Virus record (IMG/VR): IMGVR_UViG_3300017747_002822
Coordinates: 1-31,222 of that record
From: a virus
Lineage: Duplodnaviria > Caudoviricetes
DNA length: 31,222 bases
Strand: one strand, 5' to 3'
Made by a program: the position numbers and the translations under genes. The notes under the pieces were generated by a model that had not been told where the DNA came from, did not search any database, and saw only the letters and a program-made list of their open reading frames with translations. Below are positions 14,263 to 23,058 of this stretch, piece by piece (position 1 is the stretch's first letter; every line of letters starts with the position of its first letter).

Positions 14263-15129
14263 ATGACTTTTCCTCAGCCGTTTGATTTTGGCAAAAGACT
14301 GCAAGACGGACAATCGCTGGATGAGGTGATTGGGAACCCGATCTGGTCGTATAGCAAGCCTCTGACGGCTACTGTCGGGGGGACGCGGGCGACCAGCATA
14401 AAGATTGTTGAAACTATTGCGAATGTTGCGACTGTCGGAGCAAGCGGTGCGGGTGTGACGTTGCCCGTGGCGCTCCCCGGCAAAGTCGTGTTGGTATGCA
14501 ATAATACCACAACCGACTTGCGGGTTTTCTCAGACGGGTCATCAACCATAAATGCGGTAAGCGGTGATACAGGCATATTGCAGCTAGGACCAAGCGTGGC
14601 ATTTTACATCGCGCAGTCTTTGCGCCAATGGGTTACGGCAAAAATTCCAACCGCTTCCACACTATTATCCTACGGGTCTTTTTACTCTGACCAAATCCAG
14701 CCAAATACAGATAACACTGATCGTCAGATTATGACGCTGAATAATACGGTCGCAACTTCGCCGGGTATTAGTATTGTGGGTGGATCGCAGATCACGGTCG
14801 CAAATACTGGCGTTTATAACATTCAGTTTTCAGCGCAGTTAGATAAGACGGACTCCGGGACAGATGTTGTGGATATTTGGTTGATGGTGAATGGACAGAA
14901 TGTGCCTGACAGCAATACAACTTTGTCACTGGTGGGGAATAATGCGAAAGTGGTAGCGGCGTGGAACTTTGTGTTACCGCTGAATGCTGGGGATTTTGTG
15001 CAGTTGGCGTGGTGGTCGGCGGATGCGGATTTGCGGATTTACGCACAGCCTGCCCAAGCGGCGGTGCCAGGCGTGAGTCCTGCCTTGCCAGCCATCCCCT
15101 CGTTGATTGTGACGATCAATAGTCTGTAA
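14263..15129 (+). CDS. Putative virion fibre/decoration protein; N-terminal module shared with the tailspike, C-terminal C1q/BclA-like beta-sandwich
   Basis: The first ~125 aa are similar to 20096..22441. C-terminal GSFY...ITV..TGVYNIQFSAQL...WL.VNG..V..S...LNAGDFVQL. Confidence 0.7.
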   Translation: MTFPQPFDFGKRLQDGQSLDEVIGNPIWSYSKPLTATVGGTRATSIKIVETIANVATVGASGAGVTLPVALPGKVVLVCNNTTTDLRVFSDGSSTINAVSGDTGILQLGPSVAFYIAQSLRQWVTAKIPTASTLLSYGSFYSDQIQPNTDNTDRQIMTLNNTVATSPGISIVGGSQITVANTGVYNIQFSAQLDKTDSGTDVVDIWLMVNGQNVPDSNTTLSLVGNNAKVVAAWNFVLPLNAGDFVQLAWWSADADLRIYAQPAQAAVPGVSPALPAIPSLIVTINSL

Positions 15130-15141
15130 GAGGAGTGTAAA

Positions 15142-15303
15142 ATGCCAGCTAAAAGCAAAGCGCAGGCGAAGATGATGGCAATGGTCGCGCATGACCCGAA
15201 AGCCTCGAAGCGTTTGGGCATTCCGCAGAGTGTTGGGAAGGAATTTGAGGTTAAGGGCAAAGGTGCGATGAAAAAGCTGCCCGCAAAGGTCAAGAAGAAA
15301 TGA
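15142..15303 (+). CDS. Small basic protein (53 aa)
   Basis: GAGGAG RBS. MPAKSKAQAKMMAMVAHDPKASKRLGIPQSVGKEF...KKLPAKVKKK. Confidence 0.75.
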   Translation: MPAKSKAQAKMMAMVAHDPKASKRLGIPQSVGKEFEVKGKGAMKKLPAKVKKK

Positions 15304-15506
15304 CACGGTATAAATTGGGGACGTGGGACGGACTGTTGGAGATTGAGGGGGTCGAAGATGGTCCGTTCCCGCTGCGAGCGCATGGATTTTTGCAGTTTTC
15401 CCCAAAAGATTACCCGAATGCGGAGTTGATGCTGGAAGTTCGGGGAAAAGACATTTGGATTTGGGTGGCGGAGAAAAAAGAGAGCCCGCAAGCTGATGTA
15501 TCATAG
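15300..15506 (+). CDS. Hypothetical protein (68 aa)
   Basis: ATGA-coupled. Tiles in the operon. Confidence 0.6.
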   Translation: MTRYKLGTWDGLLEIEGVEDGPFPLRAHGFLQFSPKDYPNAELMLEVRGKDIWIWVAEKKESPQADVS

Positions 15507-15966
15507 AGCGATTGTGGGGCTGCATTATGCTGCTAGATGTTTGCGGCCCGCGCATATCCCGGTGTCAAGGCCGAAAGGGTCGAAAGCGGCAGGCTTGCGC
15601 TATGAAAAGGCGTTAAGCGCAGCGATCCCGCGCGCGGAGCACGGGCAGTGGTTTGAGTTTAAGGACTTGAACGGGCCGGGGCACTGCCAGATGGACTTGA
15701 TTATTGAGGGTGCGAAGCGGATCGTAGTGATCGAGTGCAAGCTGTCAGATGTCGATCAGGGCATGAGGCAATTACATGAGTTGTATTTTCCGATTGTGGA
15801 ACAGGTCTGGCCAGATAAAAAGCCCCTCGGGATCGTGGCGGCGAGGCATTTGAGCAAGTGCCCGGACGCAAAGCTGGTAGAAACCACGCTGAGAGGGGCG
15901 ATTTTGCGTGCGGAAACGCAAGGCGTAGTCCCGATTTTGCACTGGATGGAGCGGATGCCCATCTAA
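15496..15966 (+). CDS. PD-(D/E)xK family nuclease (possible resolvase)
   Basis: GLRYE, QMDLII, IECKLS and QL..LY form a restriction-endonuclease-like core. Confidence 0.7.
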   Translation: MYHRAIVGLHYAARCLRPAHIPVSRPKGSKAAGLRYEKALSAAIPRAEHGQWFEFKDLNGPGHCQMDLIIEGAKRIVVIECKLSDVDQGMRQLHELYFPIVEQVWPDKKPLGIVAARHLSKCPDAKLVETTLRGAILRAETQGVVPILHWMERMPI

Positions 15967-16126
15967 CCTCATAAAAGGTGCGCCATGCTTCCACCAGACT
16001 GGGAATTTTTCTTGATTTACGCAGTTAAGCTGGTGGGATTGGGTGTTGTGGTGATAACTTTGCACAATGTGTTGAAGTTGTTGTTAGGTCAGAGCCATTT
16101 TTGACCATTTCTTTGGGTAAAATGCG

Positions 16127-16155
16127 TTGACTGCGGGCCGCAAAGCGGCCAGTAT
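16127..16155 (+). promoter_or_regulatory. Possible promoter TTGACT-N17-CAGTAT with a palindromic spacer
   Basis: ttgact gcgggccgcaaagcggc cagtat in a 250-bp intergenic gap. The spacer contains the inverted repeat ggccgc-aaa-gcggcc. Confidence 0.35.
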
Positions 16156-16216
16156 CATGGCAGGCCAAGGCCCGTGAGCGGAAGGCTCCCTGTGCCGCAT
16201 AGGCAAGGTTGAAAAA

Positions 16217-16489
16217 ATGGCAAATTCGAAAAATAGCGGAAAAGTCCTTGCGGATCGCCCATCGCGCGGCGTGAATACCCGCGACATTCAGCACGCCACT
16301 GAATATAAATACGACGAAAAGTCGGGGATTTTTAGTAAAGAAGCCCGGAAGGGCAATGCGAATTATCAGGCTCCTGATCGGTTTGTGCCGGGGAACCCTG
16401 ATTATCAGTCTGGCGTCACCCAGAATGTTGGTAATCCCGTGCAGAGTGACGGACTGCGCGGAGCAATCTCGCTCATAAGAGGCAAATGA
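16217..16489 (+). CDS. Hypothetical hydrophilic protein (90 aa)
   Basis: First ORF after the intergenic gap, coupled to the next gene. Confidence 0.7.
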   Translation: MANSKNSGKVLADRPSRGVNTRDIQHATEYKYDEKSGIFSKEARKGNANYQAPDRFVPGNPDYQSGVTQNVGNPVQSDGLRGAISLIRGK

Positions 16490-16905
16490 TGAAAAAAGTT
16501 GCTTTGATTGGCGGTCTGCTTGCGCTTCTGGGTGCGGGCTCCGCTTATGCTCTTGGTCAGTTCCCTGATTATCCGCTGGCGACTGGCTCGCTGACTGGTA
16601 ATGAACGTATTCCGGCGGACACGATGCTGGGCCAGGGCATTAACCCGCAGACGGAAGTTATCAGCACGACGCAGTTGAAGGCTTATGTGCTGACGAGCCC
16701 GACGATTACGGGTGTCCTGACGCTTCCGATTTACACAATTGCGAATGCGACGACGGCCTGCACCGCCTCTACGGTCAACTCGCTGATGCTGGTTAGCGAT
16801 GGCACGGCGTATGCGACGGGCACGTATGGCTCGGCGGTTGGTGCTACTGGCGCTGTGAAGCGTGTTGTACTCTGCACGGCGGCTGCTACGCTGGTTTATA
16901 ACTAA
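16486..16905 (+). CDS. Signal-peptide-bearing beta-rich protein (139 aa)
   Basis: MMKKVALIGGLLALLGAGSAYA|LGQ. Thr/Ala/Gly-rich, with 2 Cys in the mature part. Confidence 0.8.
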   Translation: MMKKVALIGGLLALLGAGSAYALGQFPDYPLATGSLTGNERIPADTMLGQGINPQTEVISTTQLKAYVLTSPTITGVLTLPIYTIANATTACTASTVNSLMLVSDGTAYATGTYGSAVGATGAVKRVVLCTAAATLVYN

Positions 16906-16907
16906 AA

Positions 16908-16939
16908 AGAGGGGCCTAGCGCCCCTCTCACCCTTTTTT
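16908..16939 (+). terminator. Hairpin with a distal U-run (attenuator or weak terminator)
   Basis: agaggggc-ctagc-gcccctct, then cacccttttttg. A-run on the 5' side. Confidence 0.55.
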
Positions 16940-16949
16940 GGAGAATGGA

Positions 16950-17819
16950 ATGAAAAAGCTCCTTGCATCGACAGCCCTGATGTTAGGGGCTTTATGTGCT
17001 ATCGCTTTGGCTGGGCCGAGCGGCACAATTCAATATAGCGTCGCAGTTTGTGATCCTAATTCTCCGTTTCGGTGTGCGGCTCCTGACGCAAGTGGTGCGC
17101 TGCCGATTACGGGTTCGATTTCTTCGGTGACATCGGAAAAATCTACGGCGTTGGCTCCGACTTATGTGGAAGGCACGACAAATCCGCTAAGTGGCGATTT
17201 GTCGGGTAATTTGCGCGTTGTGGTCGGCGGAACGCTCCCGGCGTTTGCCTCGACGCCGACTTTCAATCTAGGCAATGCGCTTCCGGCAGGCAGTAACACG
17301 ATTGGCGCAATTTCGAATGCGTCGTTCTTGTCGCCGGTTAATGGCGTAGCGACTAATCCTACGAGCACGCTGACCCGCCCGGCGAACACGACCGCTTATG
17401 CGGCAAACCAGCTTATCGCATCGAATGTGACGGCGGGAAGTATTGTCGTACCGAGCTTTGCGATTGCGAATGCGGCAGGCGGCGCGATTATCCCGCGAGT
17501 GCGCATTACGACGAATGCGACGACGGGTTGGGGCACGACGCTTACTTTAACGCTGTGGTCTGCGGCCCCGACTTACACGAACGGTGATGGCGGCACGTAT
17601 GCGGTTGCGACGGGCGGTGCAAATCGTCTTGCGCAGTTTAGCTGCCCGCTGACGCAGTATGGTGATGCGGCGAGCGGTGAATGCCAGATCACGGTCAACA
17701 ATTTTGCGGTTGTTAAACTAGCAAGCGGCACGTCGGTGTTTTGGGACTTACAGGCGACAGCAGCGGCGACTCCGATTAGTGGCCAGACGTTCAATGTTGC
17801 GGCAGAGGTTTTAAACTAA
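16950..17819 (+). CDS. Signal-peptide-bearing beta-rich structural-type protein (289 aa)
   Basis: MKKLLASTALMLGALCAIALA|GPS. Contains TRPANTTAYAANQ and 4 Cys in the mature part. Confidence 0.8.
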   Translation: MKKLLASTALMLGALCAIALAGPSGTIQYSVAVCDPNSPFRCAAPDASGALPITGSISSVTSEKSTALAPTYVEGTTNPLSGDLSGNLRVVVGGTLPAFASTPTFNLGNALPAGSNTIGAISNASFLSPVNGVATNPTSTLTRPANTTAYAANQLIASNVTAGSIVVPSFAIANAAGGAIIPRVRITTNATTGWGTTLTLTLWSAAPTYTNGDGGTYAVATGGANRLAQFSCPLTQYGDAASGECQITVNNFAVVKLASGTSVFWDLQATAAATPISGQTFNVAAEVLN

Positions 17820-19693
17820 TGCGGAACTGGCTTGTAGCGATCTGCTTATTGCTCTCGGGTGTTGCTTACGCTATTACCCCAGAACAGACTGTGATGCTTT
17901 CAGGAGGCGTGCGGCCTGCGCTTTCGGCAGATTTTCTTACAAGCCAGTCTTTGCCAACTTGGCTAACGCATAGTCGGACCTCGAACGCAATTTACACAGA
18001 CTCTACTGGTAAATTGCAGTATGCCCCGGCAAATCAGTTTTTACATTCTTCAAATCTGGGGTCGAGTGGATGGACGGCGAACAATGTGTCCCGTTCGGCC
18101 ACGACTACTGGCCCGGATGGTGTGGCGAATAGCGCACAGACGCTGACGGCTTCGGCGGGAAGTGCGACACACAATGTTCAGCATTCGACGACGATTACTT
18201 CTCGGTCGAATGGAAAGTATGTGGTGTCTGTTTACGTGAAAGCAGGCACGTCGAATTTTGTGTTTGTTGATGTGTTGGGCACTACGGATAAATGGGCGAC
18301 AGCCGTTTTTGATTTAAGTGGATCGAACACAACGGCTTCGCAAACTTCAGCTGGCGCGACTTCTGGCACGGTTATTTCGACTTCGCAAGAAAACGTCGGG
18401 AATAGCTGGTTTCGTGTGTCGATTGCAGCGTCGAACGATAATACGACAATCCAGCCAGTGATTGGTTTTGCGTCGGCTGCGACTGGAAATACGTTTGATA
18501 CGTCAGGTCAGGTGACGTTTAACGCGGCGGGCACGGAAACTTTATCGGTTTTCGGAGCGCAGGCTCAACCGAGCACTCACACCAATACTCCGACGCCGTA
18601 TAATACCACGGCAGCTTCCGCATATTACGGGCCGCGATTTACCTATGATGGGAATACATTGGCTTCGTTAGGTCTTTTGATGGAAGAAATTCGGACGAAC
18701 ATTATTTTTGCATCCGAAGACTTTGCGTTAAACTGGACAGGAAATGACTCGCCGTCTCCGACAAAAACGAATACCGCCCCGGATGGGACGAGTTCTGCGT
18801 ATTCCTGGGCGTTTAATACGGCATCGACTGGATATAACAGATCAATTACGCCAGCAGCGAGCACTGCTTACACGATGAGCGTGTATGTGAAGTATGTGTC
18901 CGGCACGGCTCCGACTTTGCTTTTTGGCAGTAATTCGGCGTTGTGGGGTGGTGGCGCGAATACTAATCAAGCGACGGTGGAGTTTAATCCACAAACTAAT
19001 GCGTTTAGCAATGTTCAAGCTGGCGTAACATCTTATGGGTCAGAAGCGGTTGGCAATAATTGGTATCGGATTTGGGTTACGTCAACGACTAACTCCACGG
19101 CTGGCGCAAGAACATTTGTGCAGTATATCACTGCAACTGGAACGCTGACTACGTGGGGGTATGTGGTTGAAGCCGGGACATTCAAAACATCTTATATTCC
19201 CACTGTTACTGCAACATTTGCCAGATCTATTGATCTTGTTCCGCTTGCAGGGCAGGCGTTAAACATTTTTCTTACAACAAGCGCGTCAGCTATTGTGGAA
19301 TTTGGGCAGATACCAAGTGCGTTCGCAGCATATGTTTTAGCTGGAAATGTCACAAATGCGCTGTATATGCGAGTAGTGAGTAGTACTTCGGTTAGAAACA
19401 CAACAGCTGGTGGCAATCTTGACGCAACTATTGGCTATGGCAATCTTTTCACAGGTGTACTGCCGAATAGAGCTTGCATGGCGTTTTCTCCGAGAGCGCG
19501 TTGGATTGTCGCAAATAATGGAGCTGTGCGGACCGACACAAATCCACCTGCGGCAGTTACCGCAGTAAGTTTGGGACAAAACACAACTGGAACATTCACT
19601 GTCAATTCGACCATTCGCAGCATAGCGCTCTACGATAAAACTATTCCAGCCGGATTGCTTAAAGTTAAGTGCGTTGGGGGAGTGCCCTACTGA
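17819..19693 (+). CDS. Signal-peptide-bearing fibre/adhesin-like protein with two carbohydrate-binding-like repeats and a LamG-like C-terminus (624 aa)
   Basis: MRNWLVAICLLLSGVAYA|ITP. Contains RTSNA.Y.DS.G, PRF.YD...GLLMEE.RTN, duplicated SVYVK...VGN.W(F/Y)R, TSYIPT and IRSIALY. Confidence 0.8.
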   Translation: MRNWLVAICLLLSGVAYAITPEQTVMLSGGVRPALSADFLTSQSLPTWLTHSRTSNAIYTDSTGKLQYAPANQFLHSSNLGSSGWTANNVSRSATTTGPDGVANSAQTLTASAGSATHNVQHSTTITSRSNGKYVVSVYVKAGTSNFVFVDVLGTTDKWATAVFDLSGSNTTASQTSAGATSGTVISTSQENVGNSWFRVSIAASNDNTTIQPVIGFASAATGNTFDTSGQVTFNAAGTETLSVFGAQAQPSTHTNTPTPYNTTAASAYYGPRFTYDGNTLASLGLLMEEIRTNIIFASEDFALNWTGNDSPSPTKTNTAPDGTSSAYSWAFNTASTGYNRSITPAASTAYTMSVYVKYVSGTAPTLLFGSNSALWGGGANTNQATVEFNPQTNAFSNVQAGVTSYGSEAVGNNWYRIWVTSTTNSTAGARTFVQYITATGTLTTWGYVVEAGTFKTSYIPTVTATFARSIDLVPLAGQALNIFLTTSASAIVEFGQIPSAFAAYVLAGNVTNALYMRVVSSTSVRNTTAGGNLDATIGYGNLFTGVLPNRACMAFSPRARWIVANNGAVRTDTNPPAAVTAVSLGQNTTGTFTVNSTIRSIALYDKTIPAGLLKVKCVGGVPY

Positions 19694-20085
19694 TGGTTGA
19701 CATTGTTTTTAATGCGGAAAATTACGACGTTCTGCTCAATGATGCAAAACGGTTGGGTTTTGTGTATCAAGATGAGCAAGGGCACGATCAAATTCTCACG
19801 CAGGGAAAATTGCGTGACGGTGGAGATTATTTGTTGAATTATGTTGGTCAGCTTTTTGTTGAGACTGGCGGAGTTGTTACGGATGTGCTGGGTCAGGAAA
19901 TTCCTGCCGTTGCATCTCGTCCGGGTGTTTGGGGAAGATTGCGCATAAATGGCGAACTGCCGGCGGAACTGCAGTTTGATCCGTTGATCTCACAATACAA
20001 GTATGATACGAATTTGAATGGATGGACAAGTGATGGCGTTACCGTGGCCCCGGATTGGGTTGGTGATGTCGGGCAATTCATGTAG
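19693..20085 (+). CDS. Acidic hypothetical protein (130 aa), probable fibre partner/chaperone
   Basis: ATG overlaps the fibre stop (TGATG). Confidence 0.7.
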   Translation: MVDIVFNAENYDVLLNDAKRLGFVYQDEQGHDQILTQGKLRDGGDYLLNYVGQLFVETGGVVTDVLGQEIPAVASRPGVWGRLRINGELPAELQFDPLISQYKYDTNLNGWTSDGVTVAPDWVGDVGQFM

Positions 20086-20095
20086 GAGCTTGTAG

Positions 20096-22441
20096 ATGAC
20101 GCAGCCTTATGATTTCATCGACGGTTATCGTCTGATTGATGGCGAAGAACTTAATAATAAGTTCGGCCATCCGGTATGGTCAACGGCGGCTGCGGTGAAG
20201 GCGACTTCAAACGGCACACTTGCTAATTCGCAAAGATTAACGGAAACGATTTCGCAGATTACAATTGCGGTGCTGCCAAATGCCAGCGTTGTGCTGCCGC
20301 AAGCGCTGCCTGGCCAGATTTTTATCGTGCTAAACTCCACGCTCAATCCGATTGTGGTTTATGCGGATGGGGGCAGCACGATTGACTCGGCTCCGGGTAA
20401 CGTCGGCGTTTCGCAGGGATCTGCAGAAGCGTCTTTGTATTTTTCTGTGCAGCCTTATCAATGGCTTAAAATTAACTTCCCGCCGTTTAGTCTTAACTAC
20501 ACAATAGACACCATTGCGCAGTTGCGGACGTATTCTCCGGCGTCAGGGACGACTGCGTATGTGAATGGTTATTATACGATTGGCGATGGCGGCGGTGGCG
20601 CTTTTTACGGTGTGTCGGGCCAACCTGCGGGCACGTTTGTTGAGAATTATGGCACTGTTATTTTGCCAACTGGTGGTGACGGGTCGAAGGCGTGGCTTCG
20701 AGTTATTTCGGGCACGATTTTCACGAAGATGTTTGGAGCCGTCGGTGATGGCGTTGCGGATGATACGACCGCCATTCAGCGCGCAATTGATTATCTGCAG
20801 GCAAATGTTCAGTTTGGGGCATCAAGCCAGACTAGTGGCAAAAAATGCCTCGCGTTTACTCAGGGTAAATATTTAATTACTGCGCCGATCAATTTGAAAT
20901 ATGATCTGGGCGTGTCGTTTCAGATTCTCGGAAATAATGCGGTTATATCGACGGATTCTGACATTGATATGCTGTATATTCAAGGTTATCAGGCGCCTGC
21001 AAGTCGGCCTCCGAATCCTCCGACGTATATTGTTTCCAATATCCACATTTCTAATTTAAATTTTCAAGGATGCTGGAATTTAACGACTGGCGCAGGCAAT
21101 ACGTCGAATAATGCTGTGCATATTCTTGCAGGTATTGGCTTGACGTTTAATGATTGCACGTTGACTGGCTGCTATAAAGCTGTTTATGGCGAAGGCATGA
21201 TTAACACGTCGTTCAATAATTGCTATTTTCGTAATAGTTTTTATGGAATTGATTCGTTGCCGGGAACCGTTGCGCCCTCGACTTTCTCCAACAACGTGAT
21301 CAATTTTACAAACTGCTTATTCAACCATCTGCAGCGTGCGGTGAGATGCGTTAATAATTCACTAGGTCCGTGGTGTTTTTATGGGTGTAATGCGGAAAGT
21401 ATTAACCTTGAAACTGGCACTGCGACGGATGGTGTTAAATGCTTTGAATTTATGAATGCGCCCCGAATTTTGTTTGCGGGTTGTTATTTGGAAGCATTTG
21501 CTGGGCAATATGGAGTGTATTATGACGGACGTGGCGGAGGTAACTCGAGTTTAACGATTGAGTCGAGTTATATCGCTCCTGGCAATTATCCGATCGGCTA
21601 CACTGTTTATTCGGATAACACAAATTCCTCGTCGGTAGGCTCTTCTCAAATAACTGTCATTGGTTCGACATTAGGCCATCCGACGCTACCTTCGCAATCG
21701 CTTTATCTGGGTCGGACAGATCTCACAAAGCTCTCGACATCGTGCGCCATTATTGGCAACTTCTTTGGCCAGGTTGGCGGCGTTACAGATCGAGTGATGT
21801 ATTTTAATAATGGATCGCTTTCTGTGGGCTCTGGGGAGGCTTCGCCTTTAGCGAGATTGGTAAGCACGTCAACTTTCCAAGCACAAGCAAGATTTGTGTA
21901 TGATGCTACGAACTATCAGACTGTTACGGTGAACTCGGCTGGCTCTGTTTCGTATTCATCTTTCGGAGCAACTCCTCGTTTTATCTACAATGCGTATCTA
22001 GATGTAACATCAGCTACGACAGGTGCGCCGGTTATTGCCCTGAAATCATCTTCAGCATCTTTTGCCTCGGCTATTGTTTCGGCAGTGGCAGATGCGGGCG
22101 CAACTCCGGCCAATTTTAATTTTATCTCGTGTGCGCTCGGCTCGACCAATCACTTCAGAGTGCGAGGTGACGGCTATATCTTTCCTTTGGACGGAACCGG
22201 TATTGTTGCAGGCACGTCTACAGGATTTTCTATTGGAACAGGCATTAACCAAAAAATCGGTTTTTACGGAACTACGCCTGATATTCAGCCAGTCGGAGGG
22301 GGTGGGTATGCGACAATTACAGGTGCGGCTACCACACCATTTTTTGCGGAATCAAGATCCACAGGTGGATCTGGAACTGCGACTTATACCTTTGGAGATA
22401 TTGTCGCTGCGCTGAAAAAGCTCGGTTTAATCCAAAACTAA
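20096..22441 (+). CDS. Tailspike / beta-helix depolymerase (pectate_lyase_3-like)
   Basis: TIAQLR..GYY..GDGGGG.F, FGAVGDGVADDTTAIQRAID, then Asn/Cys-ladder beta-helix repeats. Confidence 0.85.
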   Translation: MTQPYDFIDGYRLIDGEELNNKFGHPVWSTAAAVKATSNGTLANSQRLTETISQITIAVLPNASVVLPQALPGQIFIVLNSTLNPIVVYADGGSTIDSAPGNVGVSQGSAEASLYFSVQPYQWLKINFPPFSLNYTIDTIAQLRTYSPASGTTAYVNGYYTIGDGGGGAFYGVSGQPAGTFVENYGTVILPTGGDGSKAWLRVISGTIFTKMFGAVGDGVADDTTAIQRAIDYLQANVQFGASSQTSGKKCLAFTQGKYLITAPINLKYDLGVSFQILGNNAVISTDSDIDMLYIQGYQAPASRPPNPPTYIVSNIHISNLNFQGCWNLTTGAGNTSNNAVHILAGIGLTFNDCTLTGCYKAVYGEGMINTSFNNCYFRNSFYGIDSLPGTVAPSTFSNNVINFTNCLFNHLQRAVRCVNNSLGPWCFYGCNAESINLETGTATDGVKCFEFMNAPRILFAGCYLEAFAGQYGVYYDGRGGGNSSLTIESSYIAPGNYPIGYTVYSDNTNSSSVGSSQITVIGSTLGHPTLPSQSLYLGRTDLTKLSTSCAIIGNFFGQVGGVTDRVMYFNNGSLSVGSGEASPLARLVSTSTFQAQARFVYDATNYQTVTVNSAGSVSYSSFGATPRFIYNAYLDVTSATTGAPVIALKSSSASFASAIVSAVADAGATPANFNFISCALGSTNHFRVRGDGYIFPLDGTGIVAGTSTGFSIGTGINQKIGFYGTTPDIQPVGGGGYATITGAATTPFFAESRSTGGSGTATYTFGDIVAALKKLGLIQN

Positions 22442-22459
22442 AAAAAAAAAGGATCGAAA

Positions 22460-22693
22460 ATGCCAATCCACCCGAGCGACCCCTCCCATGATTTGACTGG
22501 GGCATTGTTTGCCACAACAAGTGAAAAAATTGGCGGGATGGTTTCTGCGGCAATGATTTCCTCGCCACTGTGGATTCAGCAAGTTAAACCGTACTCGGAT
22601 ATTGCTGCGCTTTTTGCTCCAATTCTCGGCTGCATTTACCTGTCGATGCAGATTGGGTTTAAGTTGTGGGACAGGACGAGGATTGACGAATGA
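22460..22693 (+). CDS. Small membrane protein (77 aa)
   Basis: Hydrophobic segments GGMVSAAMISSPLW and IAALFAPILGCIYLSMQIGFKLW. Confidence 0.65.
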   Translation: MPIHPSDPSHDLTGALFATTSEKIGGMVSAAMISSPLWIQQVKPYSDIAALFAPILGCIYLSMQIGFKLWDRTRIDE

Positions 22694-22860
22694 AAAAGTG
22701 TTGCGACCATAAGCGTCCGGATCGTGAAAGTCATGTCATGAGCGTTCACCATGATATGAAAAAGTTAATGTCTGCGAAAGCTAATCGGGGTGGCATTAGC
22801 CCGCGCACGCAGCAGCCGGAACTCAAAAGCCTTAAAGCCTCAAAGATGATGGAGAAATAA
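22690..22860 (+). CDS. Small basic protein (56 aa)
   Basis: MKKCCDHKRPDRESHVMSVHHDMKKLMSAKANRGG..., ATGA-coupled. Confidence 0.6.
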   Translation: MKKCCDHKRPDRESHVMSVHHDMKKLMSAKANRGGISPRTQQPELKSLKASKMMEK

Positions 22861-22861
22861 A

Positions 22862-23035
22862 ATGGCAAAAGCACCTGCGAAAAAGATGACGATGGCTGAG
22901 TGGGAACGCTCCTCGATGGACAAGAAAAAAGACGCAGCGCTCAAGAAAAAGGGGATCAAAGAAGGTTCGAAAATGGATATGAAGATGGACAAGGCGGCGC
23001 TTGCTGCTTACAATAAGAAAATGAAAAATAAATAA
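22862..23035 (+). CDS. Small Lys/Met-rich protein (57 aa)
   Basis: GGAG RBS. MAKAPAKKMTMAEWERSSMDKKKDAALKKKGIKEGSKMDMKMDKAALAAYNKKMKNK. Confidence 0.7.
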   Translation: MAKAPAKKMTMAEWERSSMDKKKDAALKKKGIKEGSKMDMKMDKAALAAYNKKMKNK

Positions 23036-23058
23036 GCCCATCGAAGATTGAGTATAGA

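Noticed and set aside
22440-22450. A11 homopolymer at the tailspike end as a phase-variation switch
   Set aside because: The run starts inside the TAA stop, so length changes would not alter the tailspike frame. It lies upstream of the next gene's start.
22460-22693. Second holin
   Set aside because: It is hydrophobic but remote from the lysis cassette, which already has a holin candidate. Left as a membrane protein of unknown function.
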